This document shows, piece by piece, positions 27,754-48,500 of a stretch of 64,000 nt of DNA (positions within the stretch are counted from its first letter, which is position 1; the number at the start of each line of letters is the position of its first letter). Below the pieces are notes generated by a model. The model did no database searches and was not told the DNA's origin. It was given only the letters and a program-made list of their open reading frames with translations. The DNA lies in the NCBI RefSeq assembly GCF_009914755.1, contig NC_060925.1, one strand, 5' to 3'. Both the position numbers and the translations under genes were made by a program. Source of the DNA: the human T2T-CHM13v2.0 reference genome, Homo sapiens.

Positions 27754-30700
27754 ATTCCCAGCTTAACCAGGATGGTAAATTACTGTTTGTCCTCAGGTGG
27801 GCTTCCCTGAGACCCTGGATATTTGATATTCAGGTCAATGCCATCAAATCCACGTTGGCGAAAGAAGTCAATGACAGAACAGTTGAACAACTTGTGATTG
27901 GCATCTGTGGCACCAATGGTTATGAATATAGGCAGAGAGCTTGTCTATATTAACATTAACAGACCCCAGGAATTCTCCCCACATGATCTCTGATAGCAAT
28001 TCTTATTCTGTATTTTATAATAACCCCTTCTGGATTTTTAGAGTTAAGATAAAGAAACCCAAAAATGTAAATGTTAATCAACAAATACGTGTTTTTAATT
28101 TAAATTTTTTCTTCAGTGTACTTATTGAATAGTATGTTTCCATTTATTTATAACATCAAAGGTACATATACATTTTCTTTACTAGTGGGATCTTTCATAG
28201 GGCAGTGGTTCAATTATTATATTTCTTTAACTCTTAGATGTTTATTTCTTAATACTTACTATTTCCAAAATTAAGATGTGACTTACAATCTATATATATA
28301 TATAATACGGCATTTCTGCCCCCCAAAGATGTACTATTAAATTTAAGCTGAATCCAACATTTTAAAGTGCCTCAATATCTAGAACAGAACTTATAGGTAT
28401 TAAAATTCTGTCATATCCTCTGCCGTAGTCAACAACTGTATAGCCTATAAACACTATTTAAACACTCCAGGTTTGTTCCTGATTATGATAAGACTGTAAT
28501 TAATGTTTCGCAAACCATATCACAACTTCTTTAATTTATCTGTTTTGTTTTTTAAGTTCAGGTATTTAATAGCTAGAAAGGTTTGTTTGTTTGGTGGAAG
28601 TAAATTGACTAGCATCAAACTGGATAATTTAAAATGGGGAAGAAAAGATGCAGTTTGGAGTTTTGGGTGCAAAGACTCTTATTTATTCGAGTTGTGGAGG
28701 TAGAAAAAGCCATGTTGGTGGAAAGGACATCTCAGGAAGAAGAAATATTGGTCAAATACCACAAGTAAGCATTAGCCTGTTAACTTATAGGTAACCATCA
28801 GAAAGTCTACTGACTATTACAGTGAGAATTTAAAAACTTAACTGCAACTTGTTCTAACCATCACACTGCTACCTCTAGATAATTGGGGAGGGGAAGAAGG
28901 AAGAGGAGCAAGTTACTTTTTATGTCAAACAATCGAGTTATCTGATTTTTAAAATAATTATGGGAATGCATTACTTTCATAATCTAAAAAGTAGCTTAAA
29001 TGGCTTTTTTATATACAAGTCAAATCTATTTCACCATCTCCTTTTCCAACCCCAGAGTCCACATGTCTGTGATGCTGATTATCTTTTCTTACTACTTTCC
29101 AGCAACAAAGCCTATGACTCAGCCCAGGGCTCTTCCATTCTCATCAGCAGACAATAGCTCTTCTTTACCACCAACCTTCCTCCCTACCATGCATCATTCT
29201 CTATATTCTTTTAAGTACTTGATTCTCACTGCACCGTTGCTATCTCTCCATAGCTGCTGTAGCCAGCCCTTCCCACTCAGATATCATCTTTGCAGGTGCC
29301 AACCTTTTTCTCCTCTAGAATAACCATCTTCACCTCCTTCTCTGGCATTATTGTTTCCCACCTCAGCCTTGGGGACTCTCTTGCCTCCACCCTCATCCCC
29401 TGGCCATGAGGAGGCTCTACTTCTGAGTACCAAAGTTCCCTCTACCAGTGGCCAGCAAGTTGACCAGGTCACCATTGCTGCAGAAAGAAACAAAATGTGC
29501 TTCTGTGAGATCTCCGTGAGAACTCTGTGAGCCTGCAGGATGCAGATATCACAGAAAGCAACTTTTCTTGCCCTCATTCGTGACTCTCTGGGGAATGGGC
29601 AGCTGCCAAGCACAACTTCTAAAGTCCCCATGGCAAGCATTCCTCCCCAACTGCCCAGGTAGTGTTTATGTTATATTTTACCATAACTGTCAGAAATGTG
29701 CATATTCTTTTCAGGAACAAACTGTCTGCAAAGGACTTTTCCTCTCAGAAATTTATGCTAGTGAGAATGAACTGGAGACTGAGCTTGGACTTTCCATTAT
29801 CCCTCCCTGTCTCTCACTCACTGTAGACTCAATTCCTACAGATTGTTCTTTCAGGGCTTGGAACTGAGGATATAGGACATCACTATCATTCCATTCATAA
29901 GAAGCAATTTTGTCATTCACAGTGGCGAAGGCGTACATCAATTGTATACAGATATGGGTTCACATTCTTAGGAAATAACTTGGCTGGTTCTGGTCAATAC
30001 AGCAACCAGTTGGTAAAGTAATACACTAGCTTATAGGCTGAGCCTAAGAGGAGAAAGCAGCAGTTATGTGGTTCAAGTCCCCCAGTGCGTGTCTCACTTG
30101 CTAATAAACTCTTCAAGGGAAGAGTAAGTAACCTAAGAATTAGCTTGGCATATACCTGGTAGATACTGCTACACACCTTTCCTATGTCTATGTAAGACCT
30201 TGCTAAATAGTCATGACATTTTTTTCCATAGTCTCAGCAAGACCTAAGCATCTTTCATAGCCAGAAAGCTTTAAAATTCAGTAAGAGTCAAGATATAAAG
30301 TAAAATGAATTTGCTATCACAGAAGCAAGTGGTCGGGGTAATGATGTTCCTCAGATATTATGCATCAATTTATCACAAGAATAGACTGTTAAACGTTATT
30401 ATCAATAAAATGGTAACCTTTTGTAGTTGGCATATGAGGTGACTGAAGCTTTATTTAAAGGCTTTACATGCATCTTTTTGCTTATATTTTTAATTCTCAT
30501 AACAATCCTACAAGGGAAACATTATTCTCTTCTTTTCAGATGAGATTCAGAAAAACTGACTTGCTCAAGACTGCAAGGTTAAGATTAATACCAAATCATT
30601 TATCCATCTATTCCCCAGGTATTTATTGTGCATCTACTATTTCCAGCCAGTCTTACTCCAAAGTTCATGCCCTTCCCACTCTACTCTCCTGACTCCCCCT

Positions 30701-31571
30701 ATCTAGGTCTTAGCCGTGTCTCATATGTATAGCCCAATGCCCAGGAATTAGAAAAAAATGTTAGGACATTTGAGGAGAAAAAAGACAAAACAAAGAGGAG
30801 TGGAGAGTAATAGATAATAGAGACTACACCAGGCTTAGCATCAAGACATATGTTTAAATCCTGATGCGAGTGGTGTGGGACAGGCCACTTCCCTCTCTGC
30901 ACTTTAGTTTTCTCACCTATAAAATGAGGAGTTTGAGATTAATGATCTATATGTTCCCTCCCAGTTCTAACAAACTGGGATCCAGCAAGCAGGCTGGGGG
31001 CTTGGGGCTCTAGTCCTGACTTCATCATGGAAGGAGAAGGAAATGAAGAAAGAGAAAGAAATTTAGAGCTGGAAGAAAAAAGAGAAAGAGGAGTTAACTA
31101 TTAGGAAGAGTGGAGTGTAGGTAGGAGGCTGTTACTCCTTACCTATTTGCACCTGCAGTAGAGTAGCTGAGCCTGAAACAAAAAAAAAAAATAATACAAT
31201 AACAAGAAATCCTCATATGGACTTTCCGGTTAGGATCTAGTGCTAGCGAGGAGACTCACAGGGTTTCAAGGACCCAAGGGCCTTTGGACCTATCAGTGGC
31301 GATTCCCAGGGCCCCATTTTATTATTCCCAGGCTTGGAGCTCAAGTCCCTCTGCTCAGAGGGACTCCATATAGAAACCTCCAGGTTTATATCAGAACTCC
31401 ATAAAGAAATCTCACTGGAACAGATGCTGGCCTTCACACCCCATTCCCAAGGCACCCCCATGACCTATAGGATAAAGGGCAAAAGGAATGGGAGACTCAC
31501 AGGCCCAGGGCAGCATCCTCTCCATTGTGCCTCCACACCAGCTGCCTTGCTCAGCCTCTTGGTTCAGCCTC

Positions 31572-31596
31572 ATTTAAGAAGAGGTCCCTTTTATCA
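31572..31596 (-). promoter_or_regulatory. Relic core promoter of the chitinase pseudogene (TATA-like CTTAAAT and TGATAA)
   Basis: CTTAAAT ~47-53 nt upstream of the ATG; a GATA motif TGATAA lies just upstream of it. Confidence 0.35.
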
Positions 31597-32652
31597 CTGT
31601 GGGAGCAGCTTAGCTGCCATCTCATGACCCCAAGTCCTGAGACCATCGTGTTCCTGTCTCCTATCCTTCATAACAGCAAGCACCCCTACCCCACCCAGAG
31701 GGACAGAAACCTAGCAAAGGCAGCAAAGACCCCCTCACCAGCCCAGGCCCGGCTACTCTGACAGAACTCCTTGCTGTTGGAAGCCTCAGCTGGACACTGA
31801 GGCTGAGTTCTTCCCTCAGAGAATGCAGAAGCCCTGGGAGAGAATGAAGGGTGCTATGCTGGGACTTAGGGTCCCCAGGTCCAGGGCTCAGGGCTAGAAA
31901 AGCTCATGGGGGATAGAGCCAACATATTGGAATGCTCATTTAAAGCATGTAATTTTCCTCCTGATGGACCAAGCCCAGTGCCCAAAGTCAGCAGCAGGGT
32001 CTTGGAAGGAATCCAGTTCAGGAAAGTGGCATGATTATCCCTGTGCGTCATCTCCTCCTCAGTTCCTTGTGCTTTTGCTGCACAGCTGTAGAGGAAGGAC
32101 GGAACAACTATAAGATGCTGCAGCTGCCAGCTCTTCAGCTTCTTCTTCCCTTATTGCAGCCAAGGGCAAGAATGGGGAGAGGGCAGCTGCTGCCAGAGAA
32201 ACATTATCTTTGTACCCCTGCCCCCTTCTCCTCACCCTAGGAGGAGGGGTGGAAGTATGGTGCAAAGAACATTGTAACCTACTTTGCTAGAGTCTGACTC
32301 CCTAGGGAAAAAACAAAAACAAAAACAAAAACAAATAAAACCGACTAGATTTGTGAGTAAGAGAGATATATGGCTGAAAGAGGGGTCAGACGCACTTGGG
32401 AAGCTAGGGTTGCAGGTGCCAGGCTCTGTTTTGTCTCACCTTGATAACCCCAAGGCTATAGATTTTCCACTGCCAGTGGCTGTACCCCTCAGTACTGGGG
32501 CTAAGCCAGGCAGATAAGAGAGGGCACAGGTGCAGGGGCAGCTGCTAGCTTTTGCTTAAAAGCAAATCCTCAGGCTGAGCCAAGAATTTCCTCAAGGATT
32601 CTAGCTTCCTTTTAGCCCGCTTAAGAAAGAGGTGGTTCATGGCCATGTTCAT

Positions 32653-33051
32653 AGATATGGTTTGGCTCTGTGTTCCCACCAAATCTCATGTTGAATTGTA
32701 ATCTTCAATGTTGTGGGAGGTATCCGGTGGTAGGTGATTGGATCATGAGGGTGGTTTCCCCCTTGCTGTTTGCCTGATAGTGAGTTCTCACGACATCTGC
32801 TCGTTTGAAAGTGTGTAGCTCTTCCCCCTTCTCTCTCTCTCTCTCTCTCTCTCCCACTCCGCAATATGAAGAAGGTGCTTGCTTCCCCTTTACCCTTCCA
32901 CCATGAATGTAAGTTTCCTGAGGCCTCCTCAATCATAATTGACTAACAGTTCCTCACAGCCTACAGAACTGTGAGTCAATTAAACCTCTTTCTTCATAAA
33001 TTACCCAGTCTCAGGTAGTTCTTTATAGCAATGTGAGAATGAACTAATACA
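32653..33051 (+). mobile_element. MaLR LTR (MSTA/MSTB-like)
   Basis: gatatggtttggctctgtgttcccacc...ctttatagcaatgtgagaatgaactaataca; 5-bp TSD TTCAT. Confidence 0.9.
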
Positions 33052-33185
33052 TTCATCTTTAGATATGTGGCACGTGGCACAGACTAGGCACTTGATAAAA
33101 ATTGGTTTAATTAATAAATGTCTTGTCTTCAACTGTTCTGGTGTTGGCAGTATTCAACCAACAAGCTACTCCTGACCTTATTCAT

Positions 33186-33590
33186 TGTCTATTGCTGTAT
33201 GGCAAATTACTCCAAAGCTTAACCACTTAAAACAATAAGGCAATATTTATTATTTCATATAGTTTCTGTGATTCAGGAATAGCTTACCTGAGTGGTTCTG
33301 GCTTGGGTTTTCTCATGAAGTTGCAGTCAAGATGTTGGCTGGGGCAGTCTTTGAAGGTTTAATGAGGGCTGGAGGATCCACTCATAAGATATGTCACTCA
33401 CATGGCTAGCAAGCTGGTGCTGGCTGTTGGCAGGAGGCCTCAGTATTTCCTTGATGTACTTCTCCATAGGGATTCTAGAGTGGCAGACAGCTTCTCCCAG
33501 AGTAAGTAAATCAAGAAAGAGCATAGTAGAAGTCACATTCTGTCATATCCCCAATATCCCATTGGTCAGATCAGCCAAAAATTGATGACA
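33186..33590 (-). mobile_element. MLT1-type MaLR LTR fragment
   Basis: ctattgctgtatggcaaattactccaaagcttaaccacttaaaacaa...ggctggaggatccact...ctcacacatggct. Confidence 0.65.
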
Positions 33591-34684
33591 CCATCCCTGC
33601 CCTCCAGGAACTCAGAGACTAGTTGGGGAGATAGGGCTATTGTGGGGTGCCATGGGAGCACAGGGCAAGAGTACTTGGCCCCAACTGAGTTGCTTACCCA
33701 TAGCCTCCCAAGTCTCTGACTCATCCAACTGGAGTTTTTAGTAGGGTTCTCAGATTTTTATACACTTACCCACTGTTCTCCAGGGACATGTGCCTGGCAC
33801 ATGGAGAGTGCTCAATAAATCTTGAGTTTCCTTCTTCTTTTTCCAGACATGATTCCTGTCTGAGGCCCACTTTATTGGTAGAGCTCCTGATGGGTCTTAC
33901 TCTCCCAGTTTGCTGACTGGGTCTGCCCAGTTGCTTTGCTGTCCACTGTGCACATATCTACAACTCAGGATGGGACTTGCCAGACTACAGCCCATGTCTT
34001 GGCTTCCATCAACCAAGTTACTCCCCAAGCAATAGAACAGTCTGCGTTTTTTAGGTTAAATGATCTCCACTCTGTTCTTCCTTCCTTCTTTGAACAGTAA
34101 AAATATACATTGGCATACAGAAGGGCAGATAACCCAGCCCAAGATCTTTTGGAAAATTAGTAAAATCTTACCAGGTATATAAATCTTACTAGTATATCCA
34201 GTAAAATCTTACCAGGTATATAAAAATTATTGCTCAAGATTCCCAATATTCTCACGTCTTACTATTTGTCTAACACCTAACACCTAAGATATATTTTTCT
34301 ATTACCTTGACCCAAAACATTTTTTTCCATTTCACAGTAACTTGAAGATTAGCCTAGAAATATTTCTGATCCCTTGGAAAAGAAACACTGAAATTATCAT
34401 TCACCTCCTACTTCTATCACTACCTGAGAGCCCCCCACCCCCCGCCCAATAGGCTGACCTACATGAGCGCTGAACCACACACATGGAAAAAGAAAAATTG
34501 CACATCATTTAGGGGAAACAAATAGCCTAAAGAAGGAAAACCAAATACATTTCAATAAATACAAAAGTAATTGTGAACTTTGCATTATTTTTCATTAATA
34601 AATGTTTTATGTAATATTTTTGACATCTCATAAGACAAGTCTTTATTACTTTTATTTTTTAAAAAAATATTTTCAGTTCATAGG

Positions 34685-41030
<6,346 letters not shown>

Positions 41031-41439
41031 ATATTTTAACAAGCACATTACACCTGCACAAATAGCAATTAAATAGGAATTCCAATGCTTATTTACATCT
41101 CTTAAAGAATATTTAAAGGGGTCTACTATGTAAGCATTGGCAACATTTTTCAAAATTGCCATTCTACATTCTCCTCCAGAGATGTTGGGCTGGGACATTT
41201 CCCCCAATAAAGCCCAAATCCCTGTCTTCACATCCACCCTTCATAGTTTCTATGCCTTTTCACGTCCCTGTTATTTTCCAGCTCTTTCTGTCTAATTCTC
41301 TCATCTTTCCTTCTACTTCTGCAGACCTTCCCCTCTCTCTCAACCCAGTCCACAAATTTTTTTCATGTTTTTAAAGTTGTCTTTTTTGTGTTGGAAACTG
41401 AAACTGTCATTAGCTATCCATGTGTTTTCTTTCTCTTTT

Positions 41440-42178
41440 TGTTTTTTATTTTTATTGTTTTTATTTTTATAGATTTAGGGATACAGATGGAGGTGTGTTA
41501 CCTCCGTGTAATGGTGAAGTATGGGCTTTTAGTGTACCCATCGCCTGAATAGTGCATATTGCACCCAATAGGCAGTATTTCATCCATCATCCCTCTTCCA
41601 CCCTCCCACCTTTTGTAGTCTCCATTGTCTACAATTCCACTCCATATGTTTAGCTCCTTTTTACAAGGGAGAACATTTGGTGTTTGACTTTCTGTTTCTG
41701 AGTCATTTCACTTGTGATAATAGCCTCTGATAAGGACTACAGTGTCCTTAATGTCTATGCTGCAATTCCATACTCAGGCAGAGACTGCCTCCTTATTTTT
41801 CTCTCCCATTGATTCCATCCATGTTGCTGCAAAAAACATTTCATTCTTTTTTTGGCTGTGTGGTGTTACATGAAATGTGTATACCACATTTTTTAATCCA
41901 ATCATCTGTTGATGAACACTCAGGTTGATTCCATGACTTTGCTGTTGTGAATTGTACTGCAATAAACATGTGAATGCAGGTGTCCTTTTGATATAATGAT
42001 TTCTTTTCCTCTGGGTAGGTACCTGGGAGTGGGATTACTGGATCAAAGGGTAGTTCTATTTTCAGTTATTTGAGAAATCTCCTATTGTTTTCTATAGTGG
42101 TTGTACTAATTTACTTTCCCACCAACAGTGTATAAGTGTTCCCTTTTCTCCATATTCTCACCAATATCTGTTGGTTTT
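41440..42178 (-). mobile_element. L1PB-like 3' fragment carrying a non-L1 insert
   Basis: Antisense L1 3'UTR/ORF2 end (gggattactggatcaaagggtagttctattttcagtt...ccaccaacagtgtataagtgttccc). Confidence 0.85.
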
Positions 42179-42241
42179 TGGCAGTCCCCCAATTCTCTTT
42201 CACAAAAATATAGGAATTGGACAGCCAAGGTCTTTATTTAG

Positions 42242-42690
<449 letters not shown>

Positions 42691-42869
42691 GTTGGTTGTT
42701 ATTTTCTAGAAAACGGGAGCAGATAGAATTTTCTAACTCTGGCTTTGCAAATACTGTAATTGTTCTAGCAGACTGGTACCTGCTGAAAAACCTCAGATGA
42801 CTTGTAGTAACTTGAATTTGATTATCTCTCAGTAACTGTGTTGAGAACTTTCTGGAAATTATATCTCTA

Positions 42870-44240
42870 GGGGTGGGGAGAAGCCGGGAGGACTGGGTGC
42901 GCGTGCAGGGATCAGAAGCCGGTTGGTGGGTGAAAGGTTTTCTCGCTCTAGGGAGATTCTTCAAGCAATCACTATGTCAACAGACACAGGTGTTTCCCTT
43001 CCTTCACATGAGGAAGATCAGGGATCCAAACTTACTCGAAAAACTAAAGAGGCACCATTCGTACCTGTTGGAGCAGCAGGTTTTGCAGCAATTGTTGCAT
43101 ATGGATTATACAAACTGAAGAGCAAGGGAAATACTAAAATGTCCATTCATCTGATCCACATGCATATGGCAACCCAAGGCTTTGTTGTAGGAGCAATGAC
43201 TGTTGGTATGGGCTACTTCATGTATCGGGAATTCTAGGCAAAACCTAAGCCTTAGAAGAAGAGATGCTGTCTTAGTCTTGTTGGAGGAGCTTGCTTTAGT
43301 TAGACGTCTCATTATTGAAGTTACCTATTATTGCTGGAAATAAACTAATTTGTATGGGTTTAGATGGTAACATGGCATTTTGAATATTGGCTTCCTTTCT
43401 TGCAGGCTTGATTTGCCTGGTGACCGAATTACTAGTGACTAGTTTACTAACTAGGTCATTCAAGGAAGTCAAGTTAACTTAAACATGTCACCTAAATGCA
43501 CTTGATGGTGTTGAAATGTCCACCTTCTTAAATTTTTAAGATGAACTTAGTTCTAAAGAAGATAACAGACCAATCCTGAAGGTACTCCCAGTTTGCTGCA
43601 GAATCTCACATATTTTGGATGTTGTATAAGAGTCCTATTTGCCCCAGTTAATTCAACTTTTGTCTGCCTGTTCTGTGGACTGGCTGGCTCTGTTAGAACT
43701 CTGTCCAAAAAGTGCATGGAATATAACTTGTAAAGCTTCCCACAATTGACAATATATGTGCATGTGTTTAAGCCAAATCCAGAAAGCTTAAACAATAGAG
43801 CTGCATAATAGTAGTATTTATTAAAAAATCACAACTGTAAACATGAGAATAAAGGATTCTAGTTTAGTTTTTTGTAATTGCAAATTATATTTTTGCTGCT
43901 GATATATTAGAATAATTTTTAAATGTCATCTTGAAACAGAAATATGTATTTTAAGCACTCATGCAAAGGTAAATGAACACTTTTTAAATGTGTGTGTTGC
44001 TTATTTTTTCAATAAGAATTGTAAACATTGAACTGAACAAATTACCTATAACGGATTTGATAAAAGACTTATGAGCAAGCTGGTTTGGCAGACAGTATAC
44101 CCAAACTTTTATATAATATACAGAAAGCTATTACACTTGTGAACTTCTCTTGTCTAATCTGAATTTACATTCCATGGTGATAACATGGTATATGTATTGT
44201 TATTAAAGTAAGTGACCCATGTCAAAAAAAAAAAAAAAAA
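42870..44240 (+). pseudogene. HIGD1AP12: Processed pseudogene (retrocopy) of HIGD1A, full mRNA
   Basis: Intronless ORF 42974-43237 [20 protein letters not shown]...GMGYFMYREF*, with TGG>TAG six codons before the parental stop (...AKPKP*). 3'UTR with ATTAAA at 44202 and an A-tail; 15-bp TSD gaaattatatctcta at 42855-42869 and 44241-44255. The pseudogene number is from synteny recall. Confidence 0.95.
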
Positions 44241-45558
44241 GAAATTATATCTCTAACTCAAGATCTTTGCTCTCAATGCTTGAGGTCAAAAGTCAGAGCA
44301 TAAACAGAGGTGATGCTGAGGCAAGAACAGTGACTGACAGGGCGGGGGAGGAGGATGGAGGTGCATTGGGGCTGACCTGCATCGCCCTTCCCTTTGATGA
44401 AAAGAATCTATTTCTTCCATAAGATAAACACAACACTGAAGAAAAAAGAAATGACCCAATGCAGACATTACTTAGTTCAATAAGACCAGCTCTATTACAT
44501 GTCAGTAGAGAGGACCAATAAAACTATGTAAGAAAATGGACACTGACATTCAACACTGTTGCCCCCTACCCCATACATGGCTGAGTTGAGAATGTTTTGC
44601 ATGTTTTTATCCAGATACATTTTTCTAATTATACTGGAATTAATGTGATATCTCCACTATTGAAACCTTTTTGAGATCCCAAGGCAATGACAGTTTTTAA
44701 TTCCCTGAGGCAACCTTCTAAATTAGACGACCTCACTTCAAATGATTTTTGGTTACTGACTGTGTAATGCAAATTTAACCACTGAGCTCACTTCAAACAG
44801 GGAAATGCTCAAAAGTAAGGTATTCCAGATTAAAAATTCCTAAGGATCAAAACCATGCCTCATTTATATTTTCCATGTCCCCATGGCATAGTGGACTTTA
44901 TTACATAGAAATATAACTTTAAAAAATTATTACATTGAATCTGAATCTGACTTGAACACCAACTGTATAATCACCTCTCCATGCCTCAGGCTCCTTCCAA
45001 TGTAAAATAAAACTGGGGATTTTAAACTCAAATGCTTTCAGATTCAGGCAGGCAAAGTGAACATGTGAGGTAGCCCGAGTACCAGTAGGGAGTAATGAGG
45101 ACTATGATAATGACCATTAATCTGCAAATTCATTAAAATTGTGCTGCTGCCCTCAAAAAAAAATGTTCTCTGATTATATTTGGCCTGCAAAACACCTGTT
45201 TGAAATGCTCTCTAAGGTTGTTGCTTCCCTCATCCCTTATATTGTTCTTGAGTCAGCCATTGCTCTGGTACACGTTCTTTCTAAGGATAGTCAAAAACAA
45301 TATTGGGGGAGAGAGAGGTAGGTGGGTGATAACCTCCAACCAGAGCTTCCCAAGGAGATATCACTGTGTCCTTAATGCCTATGCTGGAGTTCCATACTCA
45401 GGCAGAGATTGCCTCCTTATTTTTCTCTCCCATCGATTAACTAACTGATCCCCTGTAGTAACTGTTGCTAAGTTTCAACTTAGAATAAGCCACAAAAAGC
45501 AGAACACACCAAAAAAGACATCTGGGAATGAACATTAAAGGTGTTTGGAGTTTTCCAA

Positions 45559-45564
45559 TTTATT
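45559..45564 (-). terminator. Relic poly(A) signal of the pepsinogen B pseudogene
   Basis: AATAAA on the - strand ~133 nt after the TAG at 45697. Confidence 0.65.
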
Positions 45565-48500
45565 AGTTGCAGAAAGTAAGACTCTAGTGAGCAGAGGGAG
45601 TCAGGATCATTAAAAATGCTGCCATGGACCCACAGAAACATCAGAACAATCCCAGAGTCCTGCAGAGAGGGGTAGAGACAGCAGTCGCTGGCTAGTCTAG
45701 GCAGAGAAGGCAAAGCCCACCCTGTTGTTGGCCATGTCATAGACAGAGCAATATTCCTTGAGGAAGACATCCCCCAGAATCCAGAGGGGCTGCCCACTGC
45801 GGGAGGGCAGGCAGGTGGCCTCAGTTCCAAGCCTGCAGTAGCCATTGTTCTGAAGAGACAAAGGACATGAAGACATAACTAGCTGTACTGTAGAGACCTT
45901 TCCCCACAGGGACTCCCCACCTTATATTACGTGACACCTGTAGGGGGCCCCGAATTCTTGTTCAGTCTCAGCCTGGTCCCTGGTGCCCCGCTCACATCAT
46001 AGGTGCCCAGATGTGAGCTGGGACACGGAACACCTGTTTGGGCCCACCAAATCCCAGTACCCTGGAAGCCAGGAGTGAATATGTACATTGAAGACATATT
46101 CAGAGGGAGGCAGAGGAAACTGGGCCCCGCCGATGATGAAGGTGATGGTGGGCATGCTCTGTATGTAGCTGCAGTTGACCACAAACTGAGAGGGGGAAGA
46201 GGCAAAGCTGAGGCGCTCCAGGGGACTAGAAGCCCAGGTAAAAGGCCCAAGGCCCACTTTGTTCCCGTGAGTTCCCTGTAAGACTTTCCCCTCCACCTTC
46301 CAGTAAAGGCTGTTTCAGAGCATGGAAGGCCTGGCCTTCCCAGGAATAACTCTGACCAGGCCCTCTTGCTTTCTTGAGTCCTCTCCTTAAATACATCTCA
46401 GCTTTTGGATTTTGGTTGTATTGATATGGTCATAAAGAAGGAGGCTTATTCTAGAACAGAGTCTCTAGCCTTGGAAAGTGAAAATTACAGAGAAAAGACA
46501 TGGGGCACACACTTGTGGAAGCATACTCTCCCACACACTCATATCCACATTTGTGTGCACACGTCCATGTACTCACCATAGCATGTGCACGCATGTATGC
46601 ATGCACGTGTACAGATGTGCACACACACACACAACCTGAGAAATCAAGATTTAGTCTGGGAATAGATTCTTGCATGCAAGGAGAAGCAAACAACAGATAT
46701 GAGTACAAAGCGGGCAGGTGTGGGGAGAGGAGGCTACTCAGAGTGAAATCCAAAGATGTATTCCTATGGGAGAAAGAAACCAAAAGGAATGGAAAAATGT
46801 GTTGACTCTAATATTTCAGAGCAGTCAAGTGATAGTGGCCAGAAAGCTGAAATTTGCCCCTAGGACATACTGTGGATTCACAGCACCTCCTGACAACCAT
46901 TCACCCCATACTCAACCAGTCTGAGTAGAGATGGTGTTACTCCCTCCCCTTCCCCTTCCTTGCATTGAAGGTTCATGACAGAAATGCCATGCTGTGTCCC
47001 CACCCATCTTTCCGGCCAAAGCCTCAGGTCCCATCCAACCCTTCCTCCTCTCTGTTGTGAACTCCTTGCACTCAGGCACCTGTGGTGAGTCTGCCTGGGT
47101 GTGCAGAAAACCTCTTGGCTTCTGGTACTCACGTCACCATTCTGAGCCTGCTGGGCTCCTGTTGCCTGCAGGAAGGAGGCATGTACTGCTGAGGAACTGC
47201 CAGCAGGAAGGTCTCGGTATCCACAGTGGCCTGGCAACCCTCAGAGCACAAGCCAGTGGCCTGGTTACCGATGGCAAATCTGAGGGGGACACCAGGACAA
47301 AGGGAATCAAGTGCCTCTACTGAAAACATGAGCCATGTCATCCCTTGTCCTCCAACCCAGCAGCTCTGATGTTCTTCTTCTTCCAGGCAGCCAAGCCACT
47401 CCTATTACACATCTGCCCATGAAATGCTTCTGTCCATTTGTCATTATTGGAGTCGTATCCTCAGTCTTGATTTGGTGCTCACTCCAGCTCTGACTGAAAG
47501 CTCTGGGAAGACAGAGCCTGTGTCTTATCTTCTTTCATCTACCTATATGGGGTCCAGCACATAGTGCCAAACACAGTCAGGGCTTGTAATCAGTAAATAG
47601 CTGCATTTTGAGCACCTACTATGTGGAAGACACTCTTTCAGGATTTATGGTGATACAAGGAGTGGGTAATTAGTGCTTACTGCTTTAAGGAGCTTATTCT
47701 AATAGAGATGGAACAACACAATTAATCAAGCCATGACTAACACTGTAAGGCAGTAGCTGATAAACCCCGTAATGTGGTACATAGACTCTTACATGATGCA
47801 GTCTCTGATTCCTTGTCTTGCTTTTTTCTACTGCTCTACCCTTCCTCTTCATCCCATATAGATGTGTTGAGATCTGTCTATGAGCCAGGTATCATGCAAG
47901 GCACTCGGAGATACAATGGTAAACAAGACATACACCACAGTCTAGTGGAGAGCCCAGACATTTAACAAAAACACACAAATGATGTCTCATTGCAGCCCTG
48001 ATAGGTGCACATTACAATGTGCCAGAGAAAAGGGGACTTGATCTTTCTTGGGAAGCCAGAACAAGGATTTTTCTGAGGAAGTGATAAAGGATGAGTAGAA
48101 TTGGGCTATATGAAAAGCCACCTCCATTCCATGCACAAATAATCTGCCAAGCTCTTACCTCTTTCTGCTCTTGTAGGTTGGGCTGTTTCTCCAGTGCCTT
48201 ACCCAGTGACTAGGACATGTTAATTGTGACAGCAGCACAGGTAAGCATTATAGGATCAAAAGAGAAAGAAATCACTGTGCTCTGGGCCCCTGGGAGGATT
48301 TTTAGGAGAAGATACTAATTAATCTGGGCTTTGAGGAATGCCTACAAGTCAAGTAAGCACTCCAGGTGGCATGATTAAAAGAACAAAAGCAAGAAAATCA
48401 TGGCCAGGTGCAAGGACTTGTTGAAGTCTGTGCTTAATATCTGGAAGCACTGAGAGGCTATATTGATAGGTGGAGCCGAGATTCTGTATGGTCTTAAATA

